From positions 30,754,001 through 30,818,000 of the forward strand of contig NW_024704743.1 of NCBI RefSeq assembly GCF_018977255.1: a stretch of 64,000 bases of DNA. Direction: 5' to 3'. A model generated the notes under the pieces. It saw only the letters and a program-made list of their open reading frames with translations. It was not told the origin of the DNA and did no database searches. Shown here piece by piece: positions 1-12,704 of the stretch. Source of the DNA: Callorhinchus milii. Taxonomy: Eukaryota. Position numbers and translations under genes: made by a program. Positions within the stretch are counted from its first letter, which is position 1. Every line of letters starts with the position of its first letter.

Positions 1-639
1 ATAAACCATCTTCTTTGGTAGTTAGTGTTCCATCTGAAATCGATTTGGCAAGTTTGAATCCAGGCCCATTGCATAAAACCGCTCATCATTCACGAAAAGT
101 AATGGACATTAAATTGGCATTAAATCTTCCTATGGCTTTAAGGACAGATGATGTAAGAAGGCAAAAATTCACGGTGAGTGCAGTGAGGGATGCTCTTCTA
201 AAATTAGGGTTCCGACTGCATTTCACTTATGTGAAATAAGGAACATGTATAACGTGTTATTCTGGACGACAAATTCTGTGTAAAGTACCAAGTGCCAATG
301 CAAAACAATTATTTAATCGAATTAGTATGAATCTGCGCCAGTTGAAATCCGCATTTGTATCATTCTGCCTAATGCAACACCAACACACTGGGCCAAGAGA
401 AATGAAATATTAATCTAAACCATCATTTTAAACTTGATCTTGTTAAGGTTAAATGATAGTTAATGAATGCTAGATTTTTCCTCCAGCATTTTCAGCCCAA
501 TATATGTTGATGCACATAGTCAATGGCCACTTCTCACACAAATACCAATTAGTGATTGTACACCTGGGATGGGGGGGTGGTGGCAATGGCTTCATGAAGA
601 TTCCTCTCCTCTGATGATGAACATACCATGTCTTGTGCA

Positions 640-1535
640 TCAACAACAAAATTACATTTGTATATAGCGCCTTTCACGTCGGGAGGATGTCCCAAAGCGC
701 TGGGCAGTCAGAGTTTCGGACCCAAGCTGGCGGTTCAATTGGGGAGGGTGAAGGGCGGGGGGAATCAGGGTGATCGAAAGCACAGTCGAAGAGGAGGATC
801 TTGAGATGGGTCTTGAAGGAGGCAAGGGAGGGGGCGAGGCGGAGGGACTGTGGGATGGAGTTCCAAAGGGTGGGGACAGAGTGGCAGAAGGCCCGCCCGC
901 CAATGGTGGGGCGAGCGAGACGGGGGTCATGAAGCAGGCTGGAGCCCGCTGAGCGGAGGAAGTGGGCCGGATAGTAGGGGGTTAGGAGGATTCAGAGGTA
1001 GGGGGGAGCAAAATCATGGAGGGCTTTGAAGGTGAGGACCAGGATTTTGAACTGTATCCTCTGTGTGATGGGAAGCCAATGGAGTCGGGCGAGGATGGGG
1101 GTGATAGGACCATGGAGCCTGGTGCAGGAGAGGACATGGGCTGCAGAGTTCTGGATGATCTACAGCCTGTGGAGGGAGGAGTTGGGGAGGATGACAAGCA
1201 AGGAGTTTGCATAGTCAAGCCTTGATGTAATGAAAGCGTGTATGAGGGTTTCAGGGCCTGCGGTGTGAGACAGTGGCAGAAGCCGGGCGATGTTGCGGAG
1301 GTGGGGGAAGGCAGAACGGATCATAGCACAGATGTGGGGTAGAAGGGATAGTTGAGGGTCAAACAAGATGGCAATGTTCCGGACTGGCTTAGCAAGGTGG
1401 AGTGTGCAACCACGGTGATGCTGTAAGCGCCTGAGGTGAGGAGGCGCTGATGGGAGCCAATCAGGAGGGCCTCAGTCTTGTTGACTTTCAATTGAGAAAA
1501 TTAGCTCTCATCCAGGACTTGATGTCTGACATCCT
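640..1535 (-). mobile_element. L2 (LINE2) retrotransposon, 5'-truncated, decayed ORF2 C-terminus plus 3' UTR and tail
   Basis: Minus-strand peptide 1160-1366 (FDPQLSLLPHI...HLRNIARL...ETLIHAFITSRLDYANSLL) is typical of the L2 ORF2 C-terminus. The 3' end reads cagcgctttgggacatcctcccgacgtgaaaggcgctatatacaaatgtaattttgttgttg on the minus strand. Confidence 0.93.
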
Positions 1536-1744
1536 GTCTTTCAGATGGTTAGATGTGAAGCTCAGCTCAACACGTGACGACATTATCGACAGAGCACTTT
1601 AATGAACTGGTAAGCATCTGGTAATTGAGAGGCGCCGAACTGGCTCTAAAAAAAAGACACTGCCTGATCCTGAGAAGCAGATCGGTCTCCTTTTATATCT
1701 GATGCCAACCTCCCCCTCCCCTCTTCCCCACTGGCAGAGTCACT

Positions 1745-1836
1745 CAATGCCACCCGCTGCCTCAGCAAGATCCCTCCATGCCACCAACCCTCTATCAGCA
1801 AGATCGTTCCATGCTATCCACTCTCTCAACAAGATC
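1745..1836. repeat. Degenerate tandem repeat, three units of about 30-33 bp
   Basis: Three units of c(a/c)atgc...tca(g/a)caagatc start at about 1745, 1776 and 1809. Confidence 0.7.
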
Positions 1837-2721
1837 ACACATCAGCCACTTCCTCTACCCCGCATGTTTGGGAGACCAGGGCTCAAAATCCACAACTACC
1901 TTTGGCATTAAACACAGGCAATCTGTCAGCAGTAAATATCAACGCTGTATGGAATTTTTATGAAGAATTTGTGGTTTTCAAAAACTTGCTGATTACACAA
2001 GGCTTTTAATGCATTGCTTTGACTGCTAAAAGCAGTGATTTTACATAAACATTACCTTAAGTGATCATTTCCCCAAGCCTCTGTTTTGCCTCATTACCAC
2101 GTCTGTCATGTGGTAAAGTCTGCATGTGTGGGTGAAGTACAATGCCACACCTCTATCCAGTACAAACAAACCAACCCTTATTTTCTGTCCCCAATTGGAA
2201 ATAAGTCTTATCTTTGACCACCCATGAGGTACTAGGTTTGGAGGCTGGTTTCCACAGGCCACCAATAGATTCCGCAAATCATCTGCCAACATTCTTCAGC
2301 ACCGTAATAAGTTTGCCATTGACTTTTGTTAACCCTTAAGGAGATAAGACTCATGCAAGCTGAGAATAAACATAATAATAATGATAATCCTTGAATTTGA
2401 TGTAGCGCTTTTCACGTCTTCTAGACATAGACATGCACGTTGAGAAACATCTCACTTTACAAAAACAATAAATTGCCAAAGGTATTAGATTCTGGTGGAA
2501 TTGAGCATCATGTTTGAACTACTATTAAACCATTCAGTTTTCTTTTGACGTTAAAGTCAAACAATGAGATTCAAAAGCTTTGTTTCTTTAAAAATCACTT
2601 GCATTTAGAACTGTATTATTTTAAAAATAAACTGACTCAAATGAGTTGCTTGTTACAAAAAAACACGTTCGGGAAAAACAAGCCCAGGAGAAACAGAAGA
2701 AAAAGATCAGTATCCCCCCAC

Positions 2722-3147
2722 TATAATAATACTTGCATTTGATATAGCGCCATATCACATCTTCGAGACGTCTCAAAAGGCTTCACAGAATATACTATAA
2801 AGTGAATTGCCTGTATATTTTGTGGGCGAAACGCAGCAGCCAATTGCGCACAGCAGTGTCCTACAAACAGTCGTGGATTGACCAAATTGTTTTTTATTTG
2901 GGGGCATTGTTGGCCAGGACATCGGGAGAGAGAAACTCCCTTCTCTTTTCGAATAGTACCGCAGGATCTTTCACGTCCACCTGAGGCAGACGAGACATCA
3001 GTTTAATGTCTCATCCAAAGGACGGCACCTCCGACAGTGCAACATACCCCCAGCACTGCATTAGACTAATTAATTCCAAATTCCGACATGCAGCTTCAAC
3101 CACAACTTTCTGATTTAGAGGTGAGAGCACTACCACCGCGCCAGGCC
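2722..3147 (-). mobile_element. tRNA-headed Deu-domain SINE (SacSINE1/AmnSINE-related) with L2-like tail
   Basis: The minus strand carries the Deu core ggtgccgtcctttggatgagacattaaac...caggtggacgtgaaagatcc...ctattcgaaaagag...tgtcctggccaac, and ends in gcgctatatcaaatgcaagtattatta. Confidence 0.88.
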
Positions 3148-3659
3148 GCTGTCCATTGTAACCAGGACAGTGATTTTCCTCAAGCCACGAGAGAACGAGA
3201 GACACAGCACTCGAGACCTGATATCCACATTGTTTTCATATCTACAATGAGACAGGTATCAGTCTCTGTTTGAGTGAATCTTGACCTTCCCCATGGCCAC
3301 ATCGTCCTCACTATGTTACTACAGCTGAACGGCCAGAGAGACCAGTAGCACGGCCACGAGAAAGTTTGTTGTGAGCTGTAACAAGAAGAAGTAGACAGAG
3401 AGAGTGGTGTTGACCTGCGTGGTAATGTACAACCGAGTTTCCGTCCATGGCTTCTGCCAGCTGCCATGAGCAAGAGCAGTGCAAGCCACTCGTGGAAGGA
3501 GAGGCTCCTCCTCCTGCAATAATACTGTGTAGAGGACAGCCGTGCTGACGATCTTGAGGTTACTGATATTGCAGGACAGAGCAGGAGCGTTCTGTTCGTG
3601 TCATTGTTCACTTCCACAATAAGTACTTTCAACTGGAAATGATGGTATTGTGTGTTAAG

Positions 3660-3830
3660 GACTATTTCAGCACCATTCACCAGAAAGTATTTCTTTACAC
3701 AGAGAGCATTCACGAGGAGAACAGGTTACCAGCAAAGGTAGCTGAGGCCAAGAGACTGGATTCAATCAAGGAGTGGATGGACAGTAGGATGGGTCTTCCA
3801 GAAGGCCGAGATCAAGTGGGACTACTTCAT
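3660..3830 (+). mobile_element. Highly decayed CR1 3' fragment
   Basis: agaaagtatttctttacacagagag...ggattcaatcaaggagtggatggacag resembles the CR1 ORF2 end (RKxFFTQR...FKxxLD). Confidence 0.45.
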
Positions 3831-4394
3831 CCAAACCCATCTATTGAGTTAGGCGCTCTGAGACGCTACCCTGCGTGGAGGGAGCTATATAAGTGTAAAT
3901 TGTTGTTGTTGATCTCGTCTAGAGTATTAGTTTTTCCTCTCATTCTGCAGTTAAAGTTAGCAGCAGCTTGTCTTGAGAGAAAACAAATTGCCCAACAGTT
4001 GTCAGCCACATTTAGTGATATAGATTTATGGAAGGAATCCACATGACTGCATAGCATTCTCCCAGTAAAGTGAGTCACTTTTGAGTTGCAAGCACGAGCA
4101 TTGCCTCTTTAAAACAGGCTGAGGTGTAGGAGCTCAGCACGGACAGCAAGCTCACCCAGGTACTGTAGCTTCCAAACTGGTGAAGGGGAAAAGGCATCGC
4201 TAGTCTGCATCATTGGCCTGAGAGCTCAGACCAAGTCTCAGCCAGTACCAAACAGCTCCTGGCTCCAGCACAGGCAGAAAATGTTCCATTCAGTTTATTG
4301 CCTCAGACGCTGATACAGCAGAATCAGGAAGGGAGACAACTTTGGATCCAATGGTCAGTTCTCTCAAGGCAGTTACCTCATTGACACAGAGATT

Positions 4395-4640
4395 GTCTTT
4401 CAGGTGGATATTAAAGATCCCATGATACTATTTAAAAAGTGACAGGAATTTCACTCATTGTCCTGGCCAAGAATCCGACCAGATTATAGTGTAATTGTTC
4501 ATTCCTTTCCTAGTACTTTGTGGGACATTGCTCTGCACAAATTGGCTGCCGTGTTCGCCTACAAAATGTATTCAATTTGAAGCGTTTTGAGAAATGCCCC
4601 TACATGAAAGGTACTATGTTAAATTAAGGTTATTATTTTT
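4395..4640 (+). mobile_element. Deu-domain SINE, partial
   Basis: caggtggatattaaagatcccatgatactattt...gtcctggcca...tgtgggacattgctctgcacaaattggctgccgtgtt, followed by the tail. Confidence 0.8.
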
Positions 4641-5059
4641 AACCTGTGAAACACTTTGAGACATTCACATTGTAAAAGCTACATCAAATGCGACGTCATT
4701 AAAATAGTTCACGGTGGCAGATGAACACAGAACTGTGAAATTTGGTGTATGGACAAGAGCAGAAACATGATGCATAGCACAAAAGAGTAAGAGTAAATGC
4801 AAACACTTGGCATTCAAATCAAGATTTCATCAAAGGAAAAAAAAACAGGGCCAATGGAAAACAGATTGTAAAAACTATCTAGAAACAACGTTCACTGGTA
4901 ACACTTCAATGCAACTACAGAAAGGAAAGATAGAGCTATTATTCATAGTTTATAATTATAATTAGCAAATGTGTTACATTTTAATCACTGGAACAGCTGA
5001 AGACAGATTCACATATGTTCAATTTGCTAAAGGCATTTCCCAGTTGTGGAATGAAGCTT

Positions 5060-5460
5060 TATAATAATCTTACATTTGACATAGTGCCTTATCACATCAA
5101 AGCACTTCACAAGATACACTGTAAAGTGGAATGACTGTGAATTTTGTGGACAAAACACGGCAGCCAGTTGCACAGAGCAATGTCCCACAAACAGACATGG
5201 AGTAAGTGAGCAATTTTATTTGTTGGCCAGGACACCGGGAGCAACTCCTTGCTCTTTTTGAATAGCACCATGTGATCTTTAACATCCACCTGAACAGAAA
5301 GATGTGACCTCAACTTTTTAATATCTCATCCGAAGTACAGCACCTCCATCAATGCAACCACCCCTCCAGCACTGTATTAGAGGGTCATTTTAGACGTTGT
5401 GATTCCAAGTCCCGAAGTGGGGCTTGAACCCACAAACTTCTGATTCAGAGATGAGAGTTC
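5060..5460 (-). mobile_element. Deu-domain SINE, near full length
   Basis: Same architecture as 2722-3147, with a B-box-like gggttcaagcc in the head and a Deu core. Confidence 0.85.
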
Positions 5461-5640
5461 CATAAACAGTCGTGGATCAAGTGACCAAATTATTATTTTT
5501 ATTATTATTATTTTTATTTATTTTTATTTTTTGGAAGGGATATTACCCCCGAAAAAGCGATCCGTCAATCGACTAACAATGGGTTCCTACTTACTGCTAG
5601 GTGAACAGAGGCGGATGGAGTAAGGAAACTTGCCCAGCGT
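5461..5640 (-). mobile_element. tRNA-derived SINE fragment of the same subfamily as 6467-6838
   Basis: The reverse complement contains gggcaagtttccttactcc...gcctctgttcacctagcagtaagtaggaacccattgttag, which matches 6548-6610. Confidence 0.75.
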
Positions 5641-6466
5641 TTTGTCCTTCAGGAGAGGGGAGGAAAGTAAGGACAACATTTTCAAAAAGCTTTAAAAAAA
5701 ACACCAATTAGGATTTATAAGCCTTGTTTTTATCAGGTCTGGAATTACATTGGTAAAATCAGATGTTGTTTGGAAGGAATGAAAACTAGAATTTGGCAAC
5801 AAGATGCTGAACCAACATTTCCTGGACATGCTTTGGCTCAACTCTTTGCAATTACTTGCAATAGGATAAATCAACATCTTTATTGTGATCTCGGAAAGAT
5901 TCCAGTGAATAGTGGACAATCTTGTTTATGCAGAGTTTAGAGTAATTGTCAGATCAGAATTTCCTCATACAGAAAATTATTTAAAATGCTAACTTTTGTC
6001 ACCCAGTTGGAAACAAAAATATTACAGTACACAAGTTATACAAGAACTAAAAAGAATAGCATTTTTTCTATTGTCTACAACGTCAAAGTGTCTGAAAGTA
6101 ATTTCTTCACAAGCAATTTCTATTAAGTGGAGTGACTTTTTGTTTGTAAGTTAAGCAAAGTCCCACAAAGAGCCATGAGGGTAATTGGAAGGATTGTTGG
6201 CATGGACGTAAATGGCATAGAATCTTTTAACGTCCACCTGATGAAAGCATGCAGAATACACATGAAGCTTGAAAGATTTTACAATCCAAAGTGTGATTTG
6301 CTCAATAAATGCTCAATTGTTTCACGGGAATTCCCAATAGCCTGTCAATCCCCACTTCAAAAATGGATTTGAGGGGAATGAGTTCCCATGGGTAAGCAGG
6401 AATCACTTCCCGTTGTGGCAACTAGCCTTTGGGCTCAAATTCTTCAATAAGTAAGAAATATTTATT

Positions 6467-6838
6467 GAGTCCTGTAGCTTAGTGGTTAGAGTACTTGCCT
6501 TGCAAGCAAGAGGACCTGGGTTTGATTCCTGGCAGGGCGAAACATTGGGCAAGTTTTCTTACTCTACATGCCTCTGTTTACCTAGCAGTAAGTAGGAATC
6601 CAGTTGTTAGGCGATTTGCAATTCACGTTTCCGGACATAAGAATTCCTTAAAAAAAAATGTCTGTTCACTCAATCCATGACTTTTGTGGGACACTGCTCT
6701 ACACAACTGGTTACCGTGTTTCTCCCACAAAATATACAGTCAATACACTTTACGGTATATTCTGCGAAGTGCTTTGAGACATCTCAATGACGTGATAAAT
6801 ACTATATCAAATGCAAGGATTACTTTTTATTATTATTA
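6467..6838 (+). mobile_element. tRNA(Ala)-derived SINE with L2-like 3' tail
   Basis: Head gagtcctgtagcttagtggttagag...gggtttgattcc has A and B boxes; body tgtgggacactgct...; tail atactatatcaaatgcaaggatt...(tta)n. Confidence 0.92.
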
Positions 6839-8399
6839 ATTTAAAGATCACTACAGCATTTATATTTATGTAGCATCTTTCACTTCAGGAGGCTGAGGTG
6901 GCAATGTGCTCCTCCCTCAAAGTGGCCTCTTCCTTTCAGACCTGGATAGTTGTCACCTTAACTCTCCCTTGAAATGAAGTGAGTATTGTCACAAATTCTA
7001 GCCAACAACAACAACTTGCATTTGTATAGAACTTTTCACGTCAGGAAGAAGCTCCAAGGCAATGGACAGTCAGGGAAGTATTCTAATCTTGTTTTTTTAA
7101 AAAATAGCCCGTTTCATCTGCTGGGGAGACAGCGGAATCCATGCTCTTCCAGTTCAGGAAATGGTGTTCTACCAGTTGAGCAGCCTGGGTCTGCTCAGAA
7201 TCAGTACATATTCAATGACCATAGTTCATCCCCTGGTTGAATAGCTTACAATAATCCTTGTGTTTTGATATTGCACCTTATCCATCATGTAGACATCTCA
7301 AAGCACGACACAGAATTTTTCTGTAAAGTGTGATGACTGTTTGTAGGCGGATGTGGCAGTTTGTTGACACGCGTTGCCTCAGAGAATGAATATGATGACA
7401 CCAGAGGACACCAAGCACTTACAGAATTGTGGCAGTCAGTGCTTCAGGAGGTGCAATGTATTTTACTTGTATAAAAACACCAGTGGAGAATCAGTACCCA
7501 TGGCCACCTTCTTTGGCAGAAAAGGGAAACGGCTGGAGCAGTGAGAATATTTGGCCTGCATCGCGTCTAAGTTTTACTCCCAAGAAAATCAAGCAGGCTG
7601 GGCCAGTAGCTAAGTCTTCTCACTGAGGTGACGACTCTCCTTTATTTCACAGAGGAAGGCAATTGGAGAACAATTCATTAGATCCTTCTTAGAGACAAAT
7701 GCAAAACAGGGGTCTGTCTGCCTGGCTGGCATGCACAATTGATACACACACACACACACAAACTGTTCACAATTTACACAGACACACACACCGCCCAAGC
7801 ATTTCTGGCACACAACAAAGCTCTGCACATACTGTACCCGATAACAAACAAGAATTAGCCAAGAGTTAAGTGCCAGGAAAATCACAAGATGTACTTTTTC
7901 AAACATTTCCAGGTTTTATATATTATGTATAAAAAGCAAAATACAACAGTTTTTAATTACAGGATTGGGATCTGCAATGTTAACGGACAGTTCTTGGAAA
8001 AGAGTCAGCAAGTGACTCAAGGATTAAAATGACTACTTTTTTACTCCCTTCCTGATGTAGCCCTGCATAATTGTGGCTCACACCAACTAACCACAATCCT
8101 TGTCAGTCAATCCTCTGTCTGAACTCAGCAGCAAACCAAGTTTACTGTAGAAAGATTTTTAAAAAAGACAGACTGGAGTCCTTTGAAAAGGGAAGAAAGA
8201 GCTGAATTACTCTGCATTCATTATTCCTTCAAAGGATCTATAACATTTTGGTGACATGAAGGGTAACAGAATGCTGCCTGCTTTCTCACCATGGTCACGG
8301 ATGTGTTGTCTGAGGAACGTCCTTTCACGTGGCTATCCATTGGGAGAGAGGAGAGGATATGGAGTGGAGGGGGTTGAAGAGAAAGATGTCAATCGTTTA

Positions 8400-8970
8400 G
8401 TCCTGATACACTGTTTAGCCTGTCTCTGCCCCCAACACACCAAATGCCACAAACCCTCATTCATGCATTTAGTACATCCCGATTAGATGTCCACAATGCA
8501 CTTCTCTATGGACTCCTGAGTTTCTATAAGTTCCAGCTGATCCGAAACTCTTATCGCCTGCATCCTTACCCGTACTGAACTCCACATGTCCATCGTCCCA
8601 ATCCTTACCAGGCTTCACCGGCTCCCTGAATCGACTTCAAGGTCCTCATCTTCACCTACAAATACTAACACTATCTCAGAAGTCATTATCGCTATGATCT
8701 TCTCCCACCCCACTCTCCCCTCCTGTCCAATGCTCCCTCCATGCCACCATCAATGGCTTAAGCACTCTGAGACACTCTCATATCCCTAGAGCTTGGAACT
8801 CGCTCCCTCTACCCTTCCACCTCTCTGTGGTCTGGAAATCCTGCCTAAAAACATGACTCTTCAATCCTGCCTATGGTCACCCTCCCTTCATCCCTTGTAC
8901 AGCATCCGACCACCTTTGTGAAGCGCTCTGAAAAGGTATCTCACATGAAGGGTACTGAATAAATGAAGCT
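8400..8970 (+). mobile_element. Old L2 fragment (ORF2 end, 3' UTR, tail)
   Basis: aaaccctcattcatgcatttagtacatcccgattagat... encodes a TLIHAFxTSRLD-like motif; tail tgtgaagcgctctg...tgaagggtactgaataaatg. Confidence 0.8.
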
Positions 8971-9109
8971 ATAAATGAGCTAGTTAATGCTGTTTGGTGG
9001 CAACTTTGAAAGTAGAGTAGTTTAAGGGAGGCAGCAGGCTATCCCAATTTCTTAGCTGAAGGTTTAGCAAATGCTTTCAAGCAATCCCAAAGATAAAATT
9101 CACTGCATA

Positions 9110-9250
9110 GCTGTGTATGGGACATTGCTGTGTACAAATTAGCCTGCCTGCAAAATACAGTAAGTAGAATTTCCAGTGGAATCCAGTGAAGCACTTTGAG
9201 ATGTTCTCTTGACGTGAAAAACGCTATATAAAATGAAAGGATTATTATGA
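9110..9250 (+). mobile_element. SINE 3' half
   Basis: tgggacattgctgtgtacaaatt...gtgaagcactttgagatg...gtgaaaaacgctatataaaatgaaaggattatta. Confidence 0.75.
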
Positions 9251-10970
9251 TGCCAGCACATAATGCAATACCTTTTCCATTGAAGGTAAGTGAACCTGTC
9301 AGCTAAGATTGCTCTTTACCCGTGAAGACTAGCAGAATTAAATTTGTAAACTTTGCAGTTAAATCATCCAAATAGTCCTGAATCACAGATCGGTAAATAA
9401 GCCTGGTAAATAGCCAACGTTTTTAAAAAGCTGCTCTTCAAATGTATCAAATATGTACTGATTGATTCCCTTTTTCACACTGGTCTCACAAAGGGTCACG
9501 AAGATCTCACTGTTGACTGGCACAAGACCAGCCTTCTCCCTGCCAACCACATACTCTGCTGCCAAACCCATTCAAACCTGACTGCCTTAATAGTTACCTA
9601 CTGAGATCACAGTCCTAGATTCTATTTGCATTCCCTTGAAGAAAAGTTTTTTTTCCAAAACTGATCCACTGGTAACAATAGTCAACATAGGCAGGTTAGT
9701 GCCAACATGCCAGCATCTTTGTTTCATACTGATATACATTCCTACAACCTCAGCCCTCGCTGCGCTGTGGCCTTTTAATTTATTGTCTATTAAAGATATC
9801 AGCCTGTCATGTTTACTCTGATCTGCTTAAGACAAATTACAAACAAATAATTGTTTGACATATTTATTTTCCTTCAAATGCATCTCGATCAATAGAATTG
9901 CATTGAAGGTTCACCAGGTTTCAGTTCTCTTTAATCACTGAGGTATAATAACTCTGTCAGGGGGAAAATGTGTTGGAAAATGTACCAGGCAGCTGAGCCT
10001 TACCTTGCAGCTTCTACATATTTTCTCAATAGCTATTGAAGGCTAACACACCAAATGCAGAAACATTTTGAGGAATGAGATGATTCAGCTACCACCATCA
10101 CCAACTCATATTATCTGGAATGTGTGTCAGTCGTGTGCTTGTGTTGTCCCGGTGCCTGGAATATGCTCCAGCTTGCAGTGCTCTTTCAACACACTGCTTG
10201 TTCTCATTGCTTTTGGAGAGGTTTAATTTATAAAATGGCAGTGCCGAACACAGCACTGAATGCAACTTCACAGGCTCAGTCTGTAGCTGCCACACTGAAG
10301 GTCAAGAAAACTGCAAGACGACATTGCATTGGACTTCTGGAAGTCGCTGCCCTATGGAAGGATTTTAACACAAGTACGGATGACAAGAATTGATTGGTGG
10401 TGGTGTCAGTAGTGATATCAGGTCCATCACATTCCTGAAGAACTTTCATGTGCTAATAAATTACAAAGACATCACGGTTCTGATTTTAGAATCCTTAGAA
10501 TGGGAGGACGATCTTGTGACCTGACCAATCTGGAGCCAAGAATCTTCTTTTCCCCTCCACAGCAACCCATCACCATCTTGCTTCCTGCCCTCGATACTCA
10601 ATGTAATCTGGGAATTGTGACCGTAAGTGGGCTCAAACACCAAACCTAAAGCGGCAAATTAAAGTCAGAAAGAACTTCCTTATACCCTCAGGGAAGGCAT
10701 GCAAAATTGCATTTTAAAATCACTTGTTTCCACTAAGCATCACATCAATCTGACACAGACAGAAGATATGGGGAAAGTTATATTATGATAATAATGAAAA
10801 CGCACTCTAGACTGTTTCAGTTGTACAGGTGAACCAGAAATAATTGATGTTTCACTTCTGATATTTTTCTTATATAGATAATAAGATTCAGTTCTGAAGT
10901 GCATTCAAATCAGAGCAGTCAGTGCTTCAGTTCTGAACATTAATACAGGTGCCTACCCCCCACCCACCCC

Positions 10971-11950
10971 GGTCTGCCGAGTGCCAGATATATGTGGAAA
11001 CCTATCACCATGCTCAAGAGTATCCAAACCAAATAGAGTTGCATACATACTACCTATATATGAAAATTCCAAATATATTTATTGGAATGGAATGCGCACT
11101 TTCCCCCAGAAGGGACACATCCTGCTTACCTAATCCTGGATAGTAATAGATTCAGGTTGGCAAGAGCTAAGGCTTGGATGTCTGAGTGTGTGTTGGGGTA
11201 CTGCTGGAATCTAACCAGTAAACTGCACAGCTTGCCACTGATATCGCTGTCTGGCAAGCTTTCCCACTGCTTGTCCAGCTAGGACCACCCTACCTGTTAG
11301 ACTTTGGCGTGCAGGGTTAACAGGATCTGAGTGGGAAGAGGACCTGGTCCAGTAAATGGTCTGCCCTTCCAAGTCCTGCTGATGAGCCAGGCTGGCTGTG
11401 AGGCCATCAGCAATGTCCTGAAGTACTGCAGACCTGTCTGGCTAAGGAAACCGACTCCCGAAACCGACACAGAAGCTTAGCGCAAATCTGACATTCCATT
11501 GCTAAACATGTCATCTTAGAGCCAGTTCAGCTCCAAGGAGACCCCGCTTATCTCCCCGCTCCCCCCGGAGGATAGTCACCAGTTGGTCATTTGATGTCCG
11601 ACAAGCCATAAGTTTGAGCCCTCACTAGGTGGATGGCAGGTACCAGGAATTCCTTGCGAGCTTCCTATTCGGTAACACAGCTCAGCATAAACTGCGTGAG
11701 AGCATTGCCACCAACTTCTTGCCCACAGCTTGGACACTCATGCCTTCCCATTGAGCAATGGTTCCACCATTGGAAGTGCAGAGCTTAAGCAGAGGCTGCA
11801 AACCAATCAAGATGGATTCCAGGCACTGGTAACACCTTCCAGCAGCTGTCGCCCTAAGTCTGAGTTTCCTCATCACCTATCTGACGGATATTTGCCCTCA
11901 GAGTGGTGGGAGGACTCAACCTCAACTTTCCTATTCTGCTGCCACTGATG
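10971..11950 (-). mobile_element. Unclassified interspersed repeat ('family X'), longest copy in the window
   Basis: Aligns by eye to copies at about 26.0, 33.1, 33.5, 34.6, 38.7, 39.3, 56.9 and 60.8 kb. Shared blocks include catgct(c/t)aagagtatccaaac, cctgcttacctaat and ggttggcaagagc. The high-coordinate boundary is uncertain beyond about 11800. Confidence 0.85.
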
Positions 11951-12704
11951 TTCAATTAAATCCAATGCTTTGACTGCTACTCTCTTCCAACCTAGTTCCA
12001 AGGACTTCAATTAACCTGGCCCTAATCATTGCTACCTTTCGCCATAGCCCTCTTACTAAGAATGTTACTCTTTGCTTAGTCTTAACCCTCACCACCCATT
12101 CAAACACACCCAGACTGTTGTAGAGCTGTTTCCAGGAGCTTCTTCAGACACCCCTGTCCAGTTTGATTAGTATCAAGTGAATAGTCATCAGAACACCAGT
12201 CATCATGCAGTCCTTTAAAATTCTTAGTTACAAATACAAGATTGTGCCTTCCAATTAAACTAAATGAGAAAGCTGCCAAGAGGCCTGAAAATTACAAACA
12301 CATTTTAACAAAAAAGGCTTTCTGACATTAAAGAAACTTGTCAGGAAGGTTTTAATCACAAGAAACACAAAACAGAGGCTTAGAGTATTAATTATTGTAG
12401 AGCCCACTTTTCACAACAATACCCAAAGGTAGCCTGCTACTTAATGTGTTTCCATTAATTCATTTTCTATAAACACTGCATTTTCATTTAAAGTGAATTT
12501 GTTCAACTAGAAACAGCTTGCTACCCTGTGGTGCTTACAAACAAACTCAGAACTTGTTTCTGTACGGTGTAACATTCTAAAATGCTATGACTAGGTATTA
12601 CTGTTTAGTGTAGTGACTTTTCTAGTAAACATGGTTTAGGAGCAAACAGTCAATTTATCTGGAGTATTAATGGTGGGGAAACCAGTACAAACTATCTCGC
12701 TTTT

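Noticed and set aside
1745..1836. Short spaced repeats resembling a CRISPR array
   Set aside because: Eukaryotic context, degenerate units without unique spacers and no cas genes; this is an ordinary minisatellite.
3180..4046. ORFs of 177 aa (minus) and 135 aa (plus)
   Set aside because: No domain-like features, and they overlap decayed repeat fragments; likely chance ORFs.
10005..10033. Strong minus-strand donor (aag|gtaagg) with a short upstream exon candidate
   Set aside because: The acceptor is ambiguous and the peptide is not recognisable; it cannot be supported without RNA data.
11372..11470. CTGATGAG...GAAAC in family X as a hammerhead ribozyme
   Set aside because: No GAAA follows the short stem after CTGATGA, and the other copies read ttgatga and lack the downstream GAAAC.
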